Part shown: positions 11,967 through 25,132 of the stretch, piece by piece
Layout of the letters: each line of letters opens with the position of its first letter
How positions within the stretch are numbered: position 1 is the stretch's first letter
Source of the DNA: Gekko japonicus
Lineage: Eukaryota
Assembly: GCF_001447785.1 (NCBI RefSeq)
Contig: NW_015173687.1
Span: 499,362-563,361 of the forward strand
Direction of reading: 5' to 3'
DNA: 64,000 nucleotides
Position numbers and translations under genes: made by a program
Notes under the pieces: model-generated
What the model was told of the DNA's origin: nothing
Databases searched by the model: none
Seen by the model: only the letters and a program-made list of their open reading frames with translations

Positions 11967-12790
11967 AACAAATCTTGTTGGTCGCTAAGGTGCTAGTGAA
12001 CTGGAATCTACCTGTTCAGCTCTCAAGTGGGAGAATACAGCTTTAAATGTTCCTTGTATAAAATCTCCCTGCAAACAGAAAGCTAGTTCATCAGGGACCA
12101 AGAAGTTTACTTCCTCATTGCTTGCTGAGCCGGTCTTCTGTTTGATGAAGGCTTTAAAAAACAACAACATAGTGGTGCATTCCAAAATGTGATCATCCAT
12201 AACCTCTTCCTCCTAGGAAGTGAAGCAATCCTGGACTCAGGGCTCTGTCACATCATTCATCTGCATGTGTGAACCAGGCTATATTCATCACATCTCCAGT
12301 GGTGTTAACCAGGATCATAAACCAGGTTCTGAAGACAGAGAAGATCTAACTCTAGTGTGCGAGGATACAGCCATACTGACTAATTGTGGTTAAGGTCAGC
12401 AAGGGAGAAACTGCACAAGAGAGGGAGAGTGTGTGCGATACTACAATTGTTCCCTTAACGTGTAAAAACACACACAAAGATGGGAACAAGCCGCAGCTGC
12501 CCTACTGCCAAAGTGCGACCCCATCTAACCTTACACACAAGCCTCTGTCAATCACATGCTTCATACTAGGTTGCCAGCCTCCAGGTGGGGCCTGGAGATC
12601 TCCTGGAATTAAAAAGGATCTCCAGTCTGGAGAAATGAGGTCCCTCCCCTCCCCAGCCTGCACCCCCAAAATCTCCCAATCTAGAGCTGGCAACCCCAAG
12701 TCCCACCACAAAGAGAGAGCAATAAACTTGCAATGTAAGGAAACTGCCTGGCAAAACAAGGGCCACTCATGATAAAGCAAGGATGGTTAC

Positions 12791-13021
12791 CACAAGGCTG
12801 TGGTCATCTGTAGCAGTGATCATGGCCACCAGATAGGACCGGAGAGCATCCAGCTTCCGCAGTGACTCGGTCCAGTGGACCTGCTGGGTAAGGATGTTCT
12901 GGTGGGCCCGCTCCTCCTCTGTATGCACCATCTCCAGCAGCCGCTGCTCCTCGCTCTCACAGACATTCCTCACAAGGTTCAAGCGCCGGATCAGGACCTC
13001 TCGTGCACTGCTGGCCGCACT
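12791..13021 (-). CDS. BSPRY: BSPRY exon 3 (coiled coil)
   Basis: ttgcag|SAASSAREVLIRRLNLVRNVCESEEQRLLE...DDHSLV|gtaacc; 231 nt. Confidence 0.92.
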
Positions 13022-16000
13022 CTGCAAAAACACAAAATGGATTGAACCACTCAGGGTTACAGTTCCTCATGACTAGCTGGTCAAGGGAATTCAGAGATTG
13101 CAACAGCTGTGGTCACGGGGAGGATATCTCCACAAGGCCATTTAAGGAAGGGGAAGGCTAACTTCTGTCTAGCATCACCTACTTCTTTTTAAATAGATTT
13201 CCCGTGGTACACCAATATCACTTAAGAGATCTGGACAATACACTCTTGTTTACAGACACAGAAAGTCCATTTAGGCCAGCTTTCTTGGGAAGAACTGCAG
13301 TAGCTGGCAGTTGTTGGATCATTCAACCCCCTACTCCCACCAAAAAAACGGACAAGGACCTACCTATCTAGGCTGCTACAGCGCAGTGGTGAAAAGAATG
13401 AGCTGTGATCCCAGAAGTCACCTCAGACACAAACTCAACCCAGTCACTCAGTTCCCTCATCTGCACTAATACTGGCTTACAAGGTTGTCAGGCCTCACAG
13501 CCAAAGAATACACACATAATCAGGGATGTCCAACTGGCTGCAGTCTGTGAGTTACTGGTAGTTCATCAGCTGCTGCAGAGTAGCTTGTTCAACCGTGAAG
13601 ATGCAGAAAAAGATCTCAAAAAAGATCTTTGTTTTTGTTTCTAAAGCCTTTTATTTCATAGGGTTTTCCTGCATGCTGCTTAGCTGATAGCTTTATTTCT
13701 GGAGCTCTTCCTAAGCCATGCCCTGTTTCTAGGACAAAATAAACCTTGGTAACATGTTGGGAGGGAGCACAGAGCATAGCGCATGTTGGGGAAACACAGA
13801 GCAGCTTGGGATTTTTTTGCATTACTCAGAAATAACCCCTCGTTAAAGAAAAGGTTGGTGACCCCTAGTATATATGAAGGCAGGGGTCATTTCGTAGAAA
13901 AAGAGGTGCAGGAGCTCATTAGCATGACTTATTTGTATATGCCACACCCCCTGACATCACCGGAAGTGTGTCAGAAGGCAACACCCACTGTTTTGGATTG
14001 CTATTGGGAGGGGGAGAACATGCAGATCTGTCCTCACAGAGGAGGGAGAGCTTGTACCTGAATAAAACTTGGTCTTAAAGGTGCCACTGGACTGTTTTGG
14101 ACTAGGGGGCCAGGGGGGCTATGCAACTTACCTGGCTGCTTCTTGCTCTGACTGAGGACTGCTGGGAGCAGGGGGTGGGGCTTGTTGCATGTGCCCACCC
14201 CCTGGGCTCTTTACTGCCGGAGCTCTGCTCCTGTGTGCTCCTGCAGGAAATGACCCCTGTATGAAGGGCTCTTAAACATGTCTACAAGCACGGCTGTCTC
14301 AGGACTAGGACTGTCAACTTTTCCCATCCCTGTTTATATCAGGAGGTCAAAGTGCAGTAACTGAACAGGGGGTGAAACTCTCCCTCATTGCTCTTCCCTC
14401 CCTCTCCACCTGCTAAAGGGCTACTCTTAAAAACCACAGAGCAGGGCCAGAAAATAATTATCATAATCTAAAAACATGAAAACCCAGGAACTAGCTGGGT
14501 TATTTATGTAATTATTTAAAGGAACTTCCGTGCTGCATCCCACAGTAGATGGCTCCCAAAACACAATACAGAACAACAATAAAAGCAATTTAACAATAAA
14601 GTAGATCCAGCACTTATTAAAAAATACAACAATCTGAATGTTTAAAACCCCTAAAAAGGCCACTATAAAATTAGGAGATTAGCCAGTTCAAGGCATCACA
14701 TTCCCCTCCCCACCTCAGCTGAAACATCTCATGACCAGGCAGAAAAATGTGTGAGGGGGATTTATGGAATCGCAGGAAGGGGGAGTGACAAGTAGGAATT
14801 TAAACGGTTTCCTCCTTGCCAAATTTCTGGCAAATTCTACCCTAAAAACTCTTGGGAAGCATTTTGTCCCATATTAAACCCACTCCCCAGCTCGTATTGT
14901 TTTAAGATTGGCTTGTGAGGCCCTGCTTAGGATACCATCCTTCATGAGCGCCTTTATGAACAACACCAGGAGCAGCCCTGATATCATAAACACGGGGCTG
15001 GTCTTTTGAATCCTTTGGGAAGCAAACAAAGGCATTTTTGTTCCGCCAGGCTTTTGAAAACTGAGTCCTCCGGTTCCTGGAATTACTATGTTTTGGAGGA
15101 CAACTGAACCTTGTCTGTTCTGTTCTTCTTTACTAAAATTATATTCTGTCCTGTTTTTACACCGTAAACTGTTTTGTAAACCAAGCACTGAATAGAGGCA
15201 TATTAATGGTTCTAATAAAAATCAGTAAATGGTCAGATAAGACCCGCAAAGCAAGACAACTGGGTCTTTTTTCTTTCTCCTCCCTGAGCAGGTTTTTGTG
15301 CTTTTTACAACTTCATCATATGCCCCTGGAATTCAACCAGTGCAGTTTTTCCTCTCCCTATTACTGAATAGCCTGGTCAAAAAAGCTCTACCCATTCCAT
15401 GTCTGTCTGCAGTGCAGTGGCTCAATGAAGCGACAGCTACAGAGGTGTGATGGGTGAAGCACTCCATATGATTTGGCCCCAGCAGCAGATGCACAGAGAT
15501 GTGTTAGTGGTGGAAAGTGCCATCAAGTCATAGCTGACTTATGGCAACCCAACCCTGTAGGGTTTTGAAAGCAAGAGCCGTTCAGAGGTGGTTTGCCACT
15601 GCTTGCCTCTGTGTCACAACCGGGGAATTCCTTGGTGATCTCCCATCCAAATACTAGCCAGGGCCATCCCTGCTTAGCTTCCTAAGTCTGATGAGATCAG
15701 GCTATCCTGGGCTATCCAGATAAGGGTTGTAGACCTCATCAAATTATTGTTCCCTCTACTTTGGCTGGAAGAATGGTCTAATTCAGTATAAACCAGATTC
15801 AGGTATTTATACACTAGGCTCTGCAGGACCCCAAGCAGAGAAAGGCCTTCTTACCTACTTTAACAGGCTACGAACCTGAGGTTTTGCTCCTTCCCTTCCC
15901 TTGAATAAACAAGTTCAACACCCATCAGCATCATACAGGGGAGCGTCTTCTACCTTGGCAGTGGCTGCTCTGCAGGGTGCCAAGCAGAGAACTCCTGCCA

Positions 16001-16151
16001 AGATGCTCAGCTGCTGAAGATGAGGGGAATTGACTCATGGACCTTCTAGAAACAAAACAGGCTCTAGGGACCAAGTCACAGTCCCCAGTGCAATGGGAAC
16101 ACCTCAAGCTGACCCCACCCCTTCTTCCCAGTACCTCCTGAGAATTCGTAC

Positions 16152-16250
16152 CACAACATGCTGTTTCTTCTCCGGCAGCACCTCTGCCACATATTTAGCA
16201 GTCACGGCACTCTGCAGCTGAAGTGTCTCACATTGATCTACAATTTTGTT
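16152..16250 (-). CDS. BSPRY: BSPRY exon 2
   Basis: tttcag|NKIVDQCETLQLQSAVTAKYVAEVLPEKKQHVV|gtacga; phase 0/0. Confidence 0.9.
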
Positions 16251-16605
16251 CTGAAACAGAAGAAGCAGGAAGCTATAATTACTACCTTATAATTTCTGCA
16301 ACACACACAAATTAGTCACTGTCTGAACAGAAGACAAGAAGAGCCACACTGGATCAGACTTTTTAGCCCAGCATCTTGTTTCTGACCAGTATCTGGCCAA
16401 CCAGATACCCATCAGAAGGTCTACAAGCAACACCCAGAGGCCAAGGCCTCCACCTGCTGTTGACCCACCAGTAATGGATGTTCAGCAGTAAAATGCCTCT
16501 GAACATGAATGTTCAATTTGGCCTTCATGGTTAATAGCCGCAGGCGGGCTTCCTCCGTGAATCTGTCAATCTGTGCTTGTCCTTTAGGGCTAGCAGCCAG
16601 CTGTT

Positions 16606-16811
16606 CAGTGTTCCCTCTAAGCTGAGCTAGTGTGAGCTAGCTCACAGTTTTTTAGCCTCTGGCTCACACCTTTTTGTCTTAGCTCAGGAAGGATGGCTCC
16701 AGAGCAAACTACTTTATGCAGTGGCCAAATCGCTCACTCACAACTTTAATGCCAGTAGCTCACAAAGTAGAATTGTTGCTCACAAGACTCCACAGCTTAG
16801 AGGGAGCATAG
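16606..16811. mobile_element. hAT-type MITE, TIR CAGTGTTCCCTCTAAGCTG (others at 34624-34829, 57561-57768, about 63767-63970)
   Basis: Terminal inverted repeats and 8-bp TSDs (CAGCTGT(T/C); TTGCCAAC). Confidence 0.85.
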
Positions 16812-17559
16812 CAGCTGTCATTCTAAGATGGGAGTGGTACTCAGCACTAAAAGTTCTGAAGTCCAGACCACCACCTTCACCACCTATCTCCAGATATTGG
16901 GGGGGGGAGGCCTCAGTTATGCAGTAGGAGGCCCTTTGTGAAAGCTCAGAGGGAGCCAGCATGGTGCAGCAGTTACTGACAGACCAAGATCAGGGAGACC
17001 CAGGTTCGAATCCCCACTCTGCCATGGAAGCTTACTGGTTGACCCTGGGACAATCACACACTCTCAGCCTAACCTTCCTCATCTTTGAGGGTGAAACGGA
17101 GGAGAGGAGAACAATGTAAGCTGCTTTGTCATCACTGGAGAGAAAGGCAGGAGTATAAAGTAAGCAAAAAAATAAATCACCACACATTCCAGAAATTGCA
17201 GTCACTTCAAAGAAAAAAGTTCCTGGTGGGTGGTTCTGTATCTTTAATAGCTGCTGGATTTCTGTGCCAGAAGTGCCTTTCCAGTTTATTATTTATTTAT
17301 TTATTTTATTTCTTTGATTTATCTCCCCCACCCTCCCCACAAGCAGGCTAAGGGCGGCTTACAAGGTCACACAGAATACTGTGACAGTGAGACAGTACAT
17401 AATATTCAACAATTACATTTTTTAAAATTGAGATTTAAGATTTAAAGAGTTCAAAGTTTCATATATATATATATAAAAAACCAGAGTAAAAGTTGCCTCG
17501 GTAGCAACGCTCGGATAGAAACCTTCTGAGCGGTGTTGTGAGGTATCAAGCCACCACCC

Positions 17560-18190
17560 ACTAGGCTAGGACTGTCAGCAGGGGAGGCCCAAGAATGGGA
17601 ATCTGGACGCCCGCGGCGCTGCCTCCCCCGGGGGAACAGCTCCGTTTGAACGGCTGCCTGACACACAGCTGATACAGAAAAAGACTGCCAGATTTGTGAA
17701 ACAAATTGNNNNNNNNNNNNNNNNNNNNNNNNNNNNNTTGCGCCCCCCCCCCCAGCAAATACCCTGCCACACCACCCCGAAGAGGAACGCGGCAGCCCGC
17801 CCCATCCAGCCTCACCCTCCGCTCGGCCGCCGCCTCCGCCAATCGGCGCACGCAGTGGCCGCGGCAGCTGCCCTCGCTCGGGCACCGCGCGCACACCGGC
17901 CGCCTTTCGGTGCAGCAGAACCAGTCCAGCTCCCGGGCGTGTTCCGGGCAAATGCTCGCGCTCTCGTGCCCTTCACCGTGGCCTCGTTGGGCCGAGCCCC
18001 GCTGGTCCTCGCGATCATCTGGTCCGCTCGGTCCCGGTTCCTGAGCCATGACGGAAGAACTAAAGGAAGGAGCGGCCGAGGCACCTGCTGCTCAGGTGGG
18101 CGGAACGGGCTGCCGGGGGAGCCTCGGGCACCGCCCTGCTCGCCTTGAACACGCCCAGCCAGTGTGGAAATCACCGCGCTGCCTCGCTGT
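17560..18190. promoter_or_regulatory. CpG island / BSPRY promoter and first exon
   Basis: High GC and CpG density around the BSPRY ATG; contains an N gap at 17709-17738. Confidence 0.75.
17816..18049 (-). CDS. BSPRY: BSPRY exon 1 (B-box); full CDS about 411 aa in 6 exons
   Basis: MAQEPG...CPEHARELDWFCCTERRPVCARC...CRGHCVRRLAEAAAERR; donor AGG|gtgagg; lies in a CpG island. Confidence 0.9.
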
Positions 18191-19019
18191 AAGGGCTGGC
18201 TTAGCACTGGTGTTTGCATGTTCACAGTTCTACAGTCTACATTCGTTGGCCCAGAACTTCCATGGACAGGAACAGTCTAGCCCTAAAAGACCCAGTTCTT
18301 TTGGCAAAAGAACAAGCGGCGTTTACCATTATTCTGCATTTGCTTGGGAACTTTCCAGAGACACCAGGCCAGCAAATTTTGGAGACTACATGGACATAAC
18401 TGACTCAGACCAAAAGTAACGACCATCCTTTTGGTTCTGGTGTTGTGTTGATTTGGCATCAAGGCCAGCTCTGGAATCTGTTTTAAATGCCAGTGTGCCT
18501 GAAAGGTATGCAGAAAAATAGCCACAAAGAGCATTTCTGACTTCTGAGTATGGGCAAAGTGCCTCCCTGAAACACTGGGGGGGAAAGGTAATTTGAATGT
18601 TAGCATGCGTTTATGCTCTGCATTTGTCTGTCCAGAATATCTGCCAGCATCACCCTGATTTGGGGCTGAATCGATCATTTCCAGGAAAAGTGGATTTCTG
18701 CTGAAAATTAACAAATTTAAAAACATGCTACCCACCAAAAGGCCAAATCCAGATCCTCAAACTCTGGGTGGTTTCCTCTTCTGTTTTGGAATGCTGTTGT
18801 CCATCAACAGGTTCTTTAAATTAGTTTACCTGTAGTGAGGGGGAGAGGGAAGAAGTTCCAATTTATGATGACTATGAAACTGGGAGATGATCACCCTGCA
18901 ACTCAGAAGGCTTAGTCTGCGCCCTCTTTTTGCTCTGGCACCTGTCTGGATCTCTGAAGGTCCACCCAGGAAAATGTGTGATGGTGCCTCTGAGCATGTC
19001 CTCATTTTAGTTAAAAAGT

Positions 19020-19300
19020 CATTAAAGGGAGGCTCCATAGAGGATTATAAAATCGGGCATAGTGTGAAGGAAGTGGACAGAGAGAAACTTTTCTCCTTCT
19101 CCCAAAGTACTAGAATTCAGGGTCGTCTGATGAAATCGATGGGCAGTAGATACAGGACTTGACAAAAGGAACCTTTTCTTCTCACAGCACATAACTAACC
19201 TATGGAACTCACAGCTACAAGGTGTAGTGATGGCTATGAGCAGATAGTTTTTAAAGGGACTACTAGACCAATTAATGGAGGAGGATAAGGCTATCAACAG
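19020..19300 (+). mobile_element. CR1 3' fragment (similar fragments at about 1140-1420 and 22705-23020)
   Basis: VDREKLFS...; TGGAACTCAC...GTAGTGATGGC CR1 3'-end signature. Confidence 0.6.
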
Positions 19301-19349
19301 GTATAGTGTCACTACTGATGTTAAAAACACTAAGGAAACCTGTTGACTA

Positions 19350-19935
19350 TTTATTATTTTCGATTTATATCCCGCCTTGCCTGCATAAGCAGGCTCAAGG
19401 CGGCGTACAACAAGTTAAAATACAATAAAACACAGTGCAGAAATGCAGTACCATAAAATTTCACATAAAACAATATACAAGTAAAGTGCAGATCAATATA
19501 GATGGCGATTGCTGTACAGTGATCCAGTGTAACCAGGCCAGCATTCATAGTTGTTCTTAATGCTCATTCATCAGTGGCGGCTCCTAGTCGAAAGCCTGGT
19601 GGAAGACCTCTGTTTTACAGGCTTTGCAGAATTGTAAAAGGTCCTGCACGGCCCTGATGTCTTCTCGGAGCTTATTCCACCAGTGTGGAGCCGCCACTGA
19701 GAAGGCCCTAGCTCTGTTGATGGCCAATCTGACGTCTTTTGGACCAGGGAGAGTCAGGCGATTTTGCAGCCCTGACCTCAGTGCTCTCTGGGGGATATAT
19801 GGGGAAAGGCGGTCCCTTAGGTAGGCAGGCCCCCGACCATATAGGGCTTTAAAGGTCAAAACCAGCACCTTGAAGCAAATCCGGTATGCTATTGGCAGCC
19901 AGTGCAATGCTTTCAGCACAGGTCGGATGTGCTCT
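19350..19935 (-). mobile_element. L2/CR1-clade LINE 3' fragment
   Basis: LHWLPIAYRICFKVLVLTFKAL...PAYLRDRL...RAFSVAAPHWWNKL. Confidence 0.8.
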
Positions 19936-20179
19936 TGTATATTTTAGAGGTTTTGCACTAAAATATTATCAGTGGTTTCTCTTCCATTTAAGTCTTCTCT
20001 CAAAATATTGTTCTTCTTTCCCTGTATCCATGTGCTGACTGAAGATACTGTCCATGCATCTGATGAAGTGGCTCTAACCCACTAAAGCTGATGCCATAAT
20101 AAATTGCCAAAAGTTTCCTTCTTGGTTTTGCTGCAACATTAGTCATTCAGAAGGCTGAAACCTTCATGTTCAGAGGCAG

Positions 20180-20550
20180 CAGGGCTATTTTTGGGCAGGA
20201 ACGCACAGGAACGGAGTTCCGGCTGGTTTCAGATTTGGCCACACCCACTACAGCCAAAACCTCTGTGTGCGTGGCTACAGAGGGAAGGCCTGGAGAGCGA
20301 CACACACACCCCCGGTGACTCCGAGGCAGGTGGACCAGGGGGCCCCCTGGAAGGATCTGTCCAAGGGCTGGCTTGTCCGGGCTCTCCACAGGACAGATCC
20401 TTCCAAGGGAAGACATGGGGTGTGGCCTAATATGCTAATGAGTTGTGCTGTCAGGGGTGTGGCCTAATATGCTAATGAGTTGTGCTGTCAGGGGTGTGGC
20501 CTGTTATGCTAATGAGTTCCTGCAGGGCTATTTCTACAAAAAAAGCCCTG
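20180..20550. mobile_element. hAT-type MITE with CAGGGCT TIR (related copy at 28710-29090, opposite orientation)
   Basis: TSD AGAGGCAG; internal 37-bp tandem repeat. Confidence 0.8.
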
Positions 20551-20959
20551 AGAGGCAGTATACCTCTGCTGGGGGGCGACAGCCTTCAGACCTTCTTTGT
20601 AGACTTCCTATGAAGTGGCTGCTGTTTCAACCAGGTTGCTGTATGAGATGTCCCTCTGGTGTGACGCAGCAGGGCTCTTTGGTGGTCTCGATGCCTTCTC
20701 CATCCTGCCAAATAACCACTGCATGCAAGATCAAAAGAGCCCCTGCCTCTCATTTGGAGCTATGCACAGCCTCCCTTCTCCAAAGTCCCCTACAAAACCA
20801 TCCATCTAGCTGCAGAGATTGGCGGGTTTGGGGTTGCAAAGAATGTCGTGCAACCAAGGAGCACTGGATCTGAGCCCTGGCTCCTCTTGGTTTGAGAGGG
20901 GAAAACAAGCCCTGAGCTCAGTCAGGCAGTCCCTCCCTGGCAGAAGAGTCTCCTCCCCT

Positions 20960-21052
20960 TGACGGCTGGTTGCCAGGGACGGAGTGGCGGAGGCGCAAAA
21001 CTGGGAGGATGCAGAACACTGGAGAGATTCAATGGGAGGCGGGCAGGTAAGG
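20960..21052 (+). promoter_or_regulatory. Putative WDR31 promoter and first exon with RFX X-box-like site
   Basis: Local CpG cluster; GTTGCCAGGGAC at 20969-20980; strong donor GCAG|gtaagg at 21046/21047. Confidence 0.55.
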
Positions 21053-22136
21053 ACAGGTGGTGGCAGGGAGGGAGAACAGGCCCCCTTCATCCAGCCAGGG
21101 GGAGGGGGAATCACAACAAGAGGGCCCATCATCGTAGACCCCTGCAAAACAGATGCCAGAGGGGTTCTCCTCGCATGCCCACTGTCTTGCCCAGGTTGGG
21201 AAATCTCCACGCAGTGGTTTCCCCTAACTGGGAGAGTGATCCCCCTCCTCCTTTCCAAACATAGAAAAGAGGCAGCCTAGAAGATTGGGGGGGGGACCCC
21301 TTCCCTATCGAGAAAGGCCGAAGCGCTGGGGACTTTTTCAGTTTAGAGAGACCAGTCTGAGATTTTCTTCCTTTTCTAATAATACTAGATCTTGGTGAAA
21401 GGAGGGGCACTGATTGATGGCTTACTGAGCACACACAAAAGAAGACACTTCAAACACAATCAGCCTAGAACAGTTTTGAAAGAGAGTGAGACCGATCTAC
21501 GTGGGATGGATCCATGTGAGCCAGGATAGCTAAAGAGAACCTCCATGTGCAGAGGCAGTATGTATGTTTGGTGGGGCAAGCAAGAAGGCTGCTGCCTTTG
21601 TGCCCTGCTTTGGGACTTCTTGGGGGGGCTCTGTTGGATATGCAGGGCTGGACTAGATGGACTCATGCTCTGAGCCAATAGGGTTCTTCTTATGTTCTTA
21701 AAAAAGTGCATCTACAAAATAGACAAAAATTAATGTACAAAGAGCCCCTGCTGGATCGAACCAAAGATTCACCTTGCACTGCATCCAGCAGCAGCCAGCT
21801 AGAATGCTTCCCACAAGGAAGCCATGAATGCAAAAGCCCTCTCCCATTGTTTGCCCCACTATACCTGGTATGCAGGGATGTACTGCCTCTGAATATGGAG
21901 GTTCCGTTTAGCTATGATGGATAATAGACCCGCCCTCCTTTTTTTTTGCCAGGTCAAAAGTCTTCCAGAAATTGATTATTAAGTTGATAATTTATATTGA
22001 TATTCTGTTGCTGTAGCTAATGATGACTGAGTGGAGCATAATACTGGGTTTGCAATGGCTGGACAACAGGTTACCCTTTAAATCTTTTTGGATGTGCAGA
22101 TATAAGGCTCAGCTGTGTCTCACTGCTTGTTTAGTA

Positions 22137-22482
22137 AGGTAAAGGTTCCCTTGCTCGAAAGCCAGTCAAATCCGACTCTAGGGTTGCGGTGCTCATCTCC
22201 GTTTCAAAGCCGAAGAGCCAGCACTGTCTGAAGACATTTCCGTGGTCATGTGGGCGGCATGACTAAACACCAAGGCGCACAGAATGCTGTTACCTTCCCA
22301 CCGAAGTGGTACCTATTTATCTACTTGCAATTTCTTGCTTTCGAACTGCTAGTTTGGCAGGAGCTGGAACTAGAGACGGGAGCTCACTCCATCGTGCGGC
22401 ACACTCAGGTCTCGAACTGCTGAACTACTGACCTTCCACAGCCTTCAGTTCAGCATCTTAACCACTTGAGCCACCACAGCTC
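22137..22482 (-). mobile_element. Sauria SINE
   Basis: Near copy of 61883-62228; TSD CTTGTTTAGTA. Confidence 0.9.
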
Positions 22483-25085
22483 CTTGTTTAGTACAAGGGC
22501 GTAAAATCAGAATAGTCTTCAAGAATGCAGGTGCCTCTGGCAGCTGCTTCATCAGCCCATCTCTAGATTCCTACCAGTGTTTTCCCCCAATAATAGTTAT
22601 TATTTTTCAACTAGGAACCAAAAGAGGTTAATAATGTTTTCTACTCAGCCATTGTAGGTGCTTCAGACAGTAAAGTGCCAACAGAGGAAAGCGACAACCA
22701 TCCATCTTGGAATTCACTGCCACAGGAAGTGGTGGCGGCTACAAGCATGGACGGCTTCAAAAGGGAATTAGATAAGCATATGGAGCAGAGGTCCATCAGT
22801 GGCTATTAGCCACAAGGTATAGATAGGGACTCTGGGGCAAGTGATGTTCTGTCATCTTGGTGCTTGGGGGGGTCAACAGTGGGATGGCTTCTAATGTCCT
22901 GGCCCCACTGGTGGACCTCCTGATGGCACTGGTATTTCTGGCCACTGTGTGATACAGAGTGTTGGACTGGATGGGCCTTTGGCCTGATCCAACATTGGCA
23001 TCTCTTATGTTCTTATGTTCTTATCCATCGAGTAAGAGCATTCCTAGCTAGGGATGAATCTAATTTACTAGATTCTGACTGAGTGAGGAAACAGAACCCT
23101 TTTAACTGTGTGAGAATCCTTGCCTGAAGTTTGATGGTTGCAGGTTTCAGAGTCATTGTTTGCTTCTTGTGTGGTGCCACAAACTGTGCATTTGTCTGTG
23201 TGAGATTCAAGTGGTGCCAATGCAAGACAATGTAGTTTCTTTATGAATTGCACTTTTGGGTCCTGGAAATGGAATCCAAGCACCAGGCAGACAATGTTAA
23301 GATTCAAAGAGCCGCGATGTAAGATGATCCCTAACCATGTTGCCTCAGTAAATTCACCTAGGTTCAATTGAAGTTGTAAGCATACCGGACCGCAGTTTGC
23401 CCTGGTTAGTACATGGATGGGAGATCACCAAGGAAGTCCAGAGTTGCTACACAGAGGCAGGCAATGTTAAACCACCTCTGAACGTCTCTTGCCTTGAAAA
23501 CCCAATGGGACCACCACAAGTCAGATGTGACTAGACACCAAAAAAAGAAGGATAAAACGGAGGGCAACTTTACCATGCCCTTCCCAGTCCTTCCCCGTCT
23601 TGAAATTGGAAGTTTTCCAGACCAGTTTGTGAGATGGAATGCAGAGTCAGTGTTCAAAAACAAAAGTTTGAAAATGCATCTGGGGTAGCGTGTGGTGCAT
23701 AAATTTGGAGGGGCATCTGACAGTGTGATCCAATGCCTGTTTACCTGGGAGTACAACTCATTGAATACTGTGGGCATAGGATCATACTGTAGTGTAGCTT
23801 TTTGGATCCCAGCCATTTAATATTTTTGTGGAATAGCAGGGAAGAAAATCAAGAAATTAAATGTCCTAACACTAAATGTCTGAATGTAGGTTCAGAAAGA
23901 GATTAAAATGTCAGTTTCAGGTAACACAACTTGGAATGCTTCAGACCCTCAGTGTGGGAAGAGCTCTTTCTATCAGACTGGAGGACCAAATGAAGACTGA
24001 ATTTGCACATGCCACTTCAAGGAATTCTCAGCTGTTCTTCTACCATTGCTGTGCATATGTGAAAAAAAACAGAAGGGCAACATTAATTGCACTTCTGCAT
24101 ATCTGCAGTGCAGAAAAGCAATTCTAAATGCACTTGTATAAAGTTTCTTTGTTGACTGATGGCCAGGCATGAAGACTGATTCACAATTGCATTTCAGTGC
24201 CTATTTTACTCTGGTCCTTAAGTTTCCACAGTAGCTCAATTCAGGCCTCCTCATATTTTCTGCCTCAAGGCCAGTTTTATTTAAAAAAAAACCATTTGGC
24301 AAACCCCAAACCATTGCAGACAAGAAAAAGATTTATCTTCTGTCCTTCCCCCCACCACAAAAATCAGCATTCAGAATACTAGACATTTCCTTAGTCACAA
24401 TGACAAAAAATGGAAACGTTCCAGAGTGATCCATCATCTTGGGTATGAAGCAGCATCTGATATTCCTCCTTGCTCTTTCCCATTTTTTTTGCTTATGCAA
24501 GCTTCATGCAGGAATAAAAATTACGAAATGTCTGTCTAGGGCCAGATCACTCATACCATGCACATGACTTCATTTCTTGTCATTTTACAAACAGCATAAC
24601 GAACATGGGGTTTGAGGAGATCTAGGGCATGAACACCAGCTCTACCAAAGGTGTTTGGTCCGTGATGGACCATTCACACGTGTGTCACCGTTTACTGCTG
24701 TGGCCACAAAGGCTTGAAACCCAAACAAGCCCCATTGAGCCTGCATAATAAATGGGAGGGAATATTAGAAATACAAGGGGTAGAATTTTTAATTGAACAC
24801 CTCTCTGAGCACTCTTGCCATTCATAAAATGTTAAAACTAAAATACATTGACATAATAAAGTAGTAATAGGCTTGGCTGCTGGATGGTTCTAGAGTCAAG
24901 AAGGAACAGGGCAGGGGTGAGGATGGGCTGAGAATACAAGAGAATTAACTAGCAGACTAGGCTCAGGATCAGCAGCCTGCTGTGATGTGAGCAAGTTAAG
25001 TCCCTTTTTAATTCCCTTCCTTGTCTTTCAGCCCGGGATTCTTGCCAGGCTAAACGCTTTCCTTTCTGCTTTCTCAAAGGATATC

Positions 25086-25132
25086 ATGGGCAAACTGCAG
25101 AGCAAAATTCGCAACAGGTCCTCTAAATACAG
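25086..25132 (+). CDS. WDR31: WDR31 first conserved coding exon; full CDS about 340 aa in 9 exons
   Basis: MGKLQSKIRNRSSKYR; acceptor ends at 25031; donor AG|gtaagg. Confidence 0.85.

Noticed and set aside
17451-18225. Multiple overlapping ORFs around BSPRY exon 1
   Set aside because: Effect of a GC-rich island plus an N gap; only the B-box frame is supported.
20417-20520. CRISPR-like periodic repeat
   Set aside because: Tandem units without unique spacers, inside a eukaryotic MITE.
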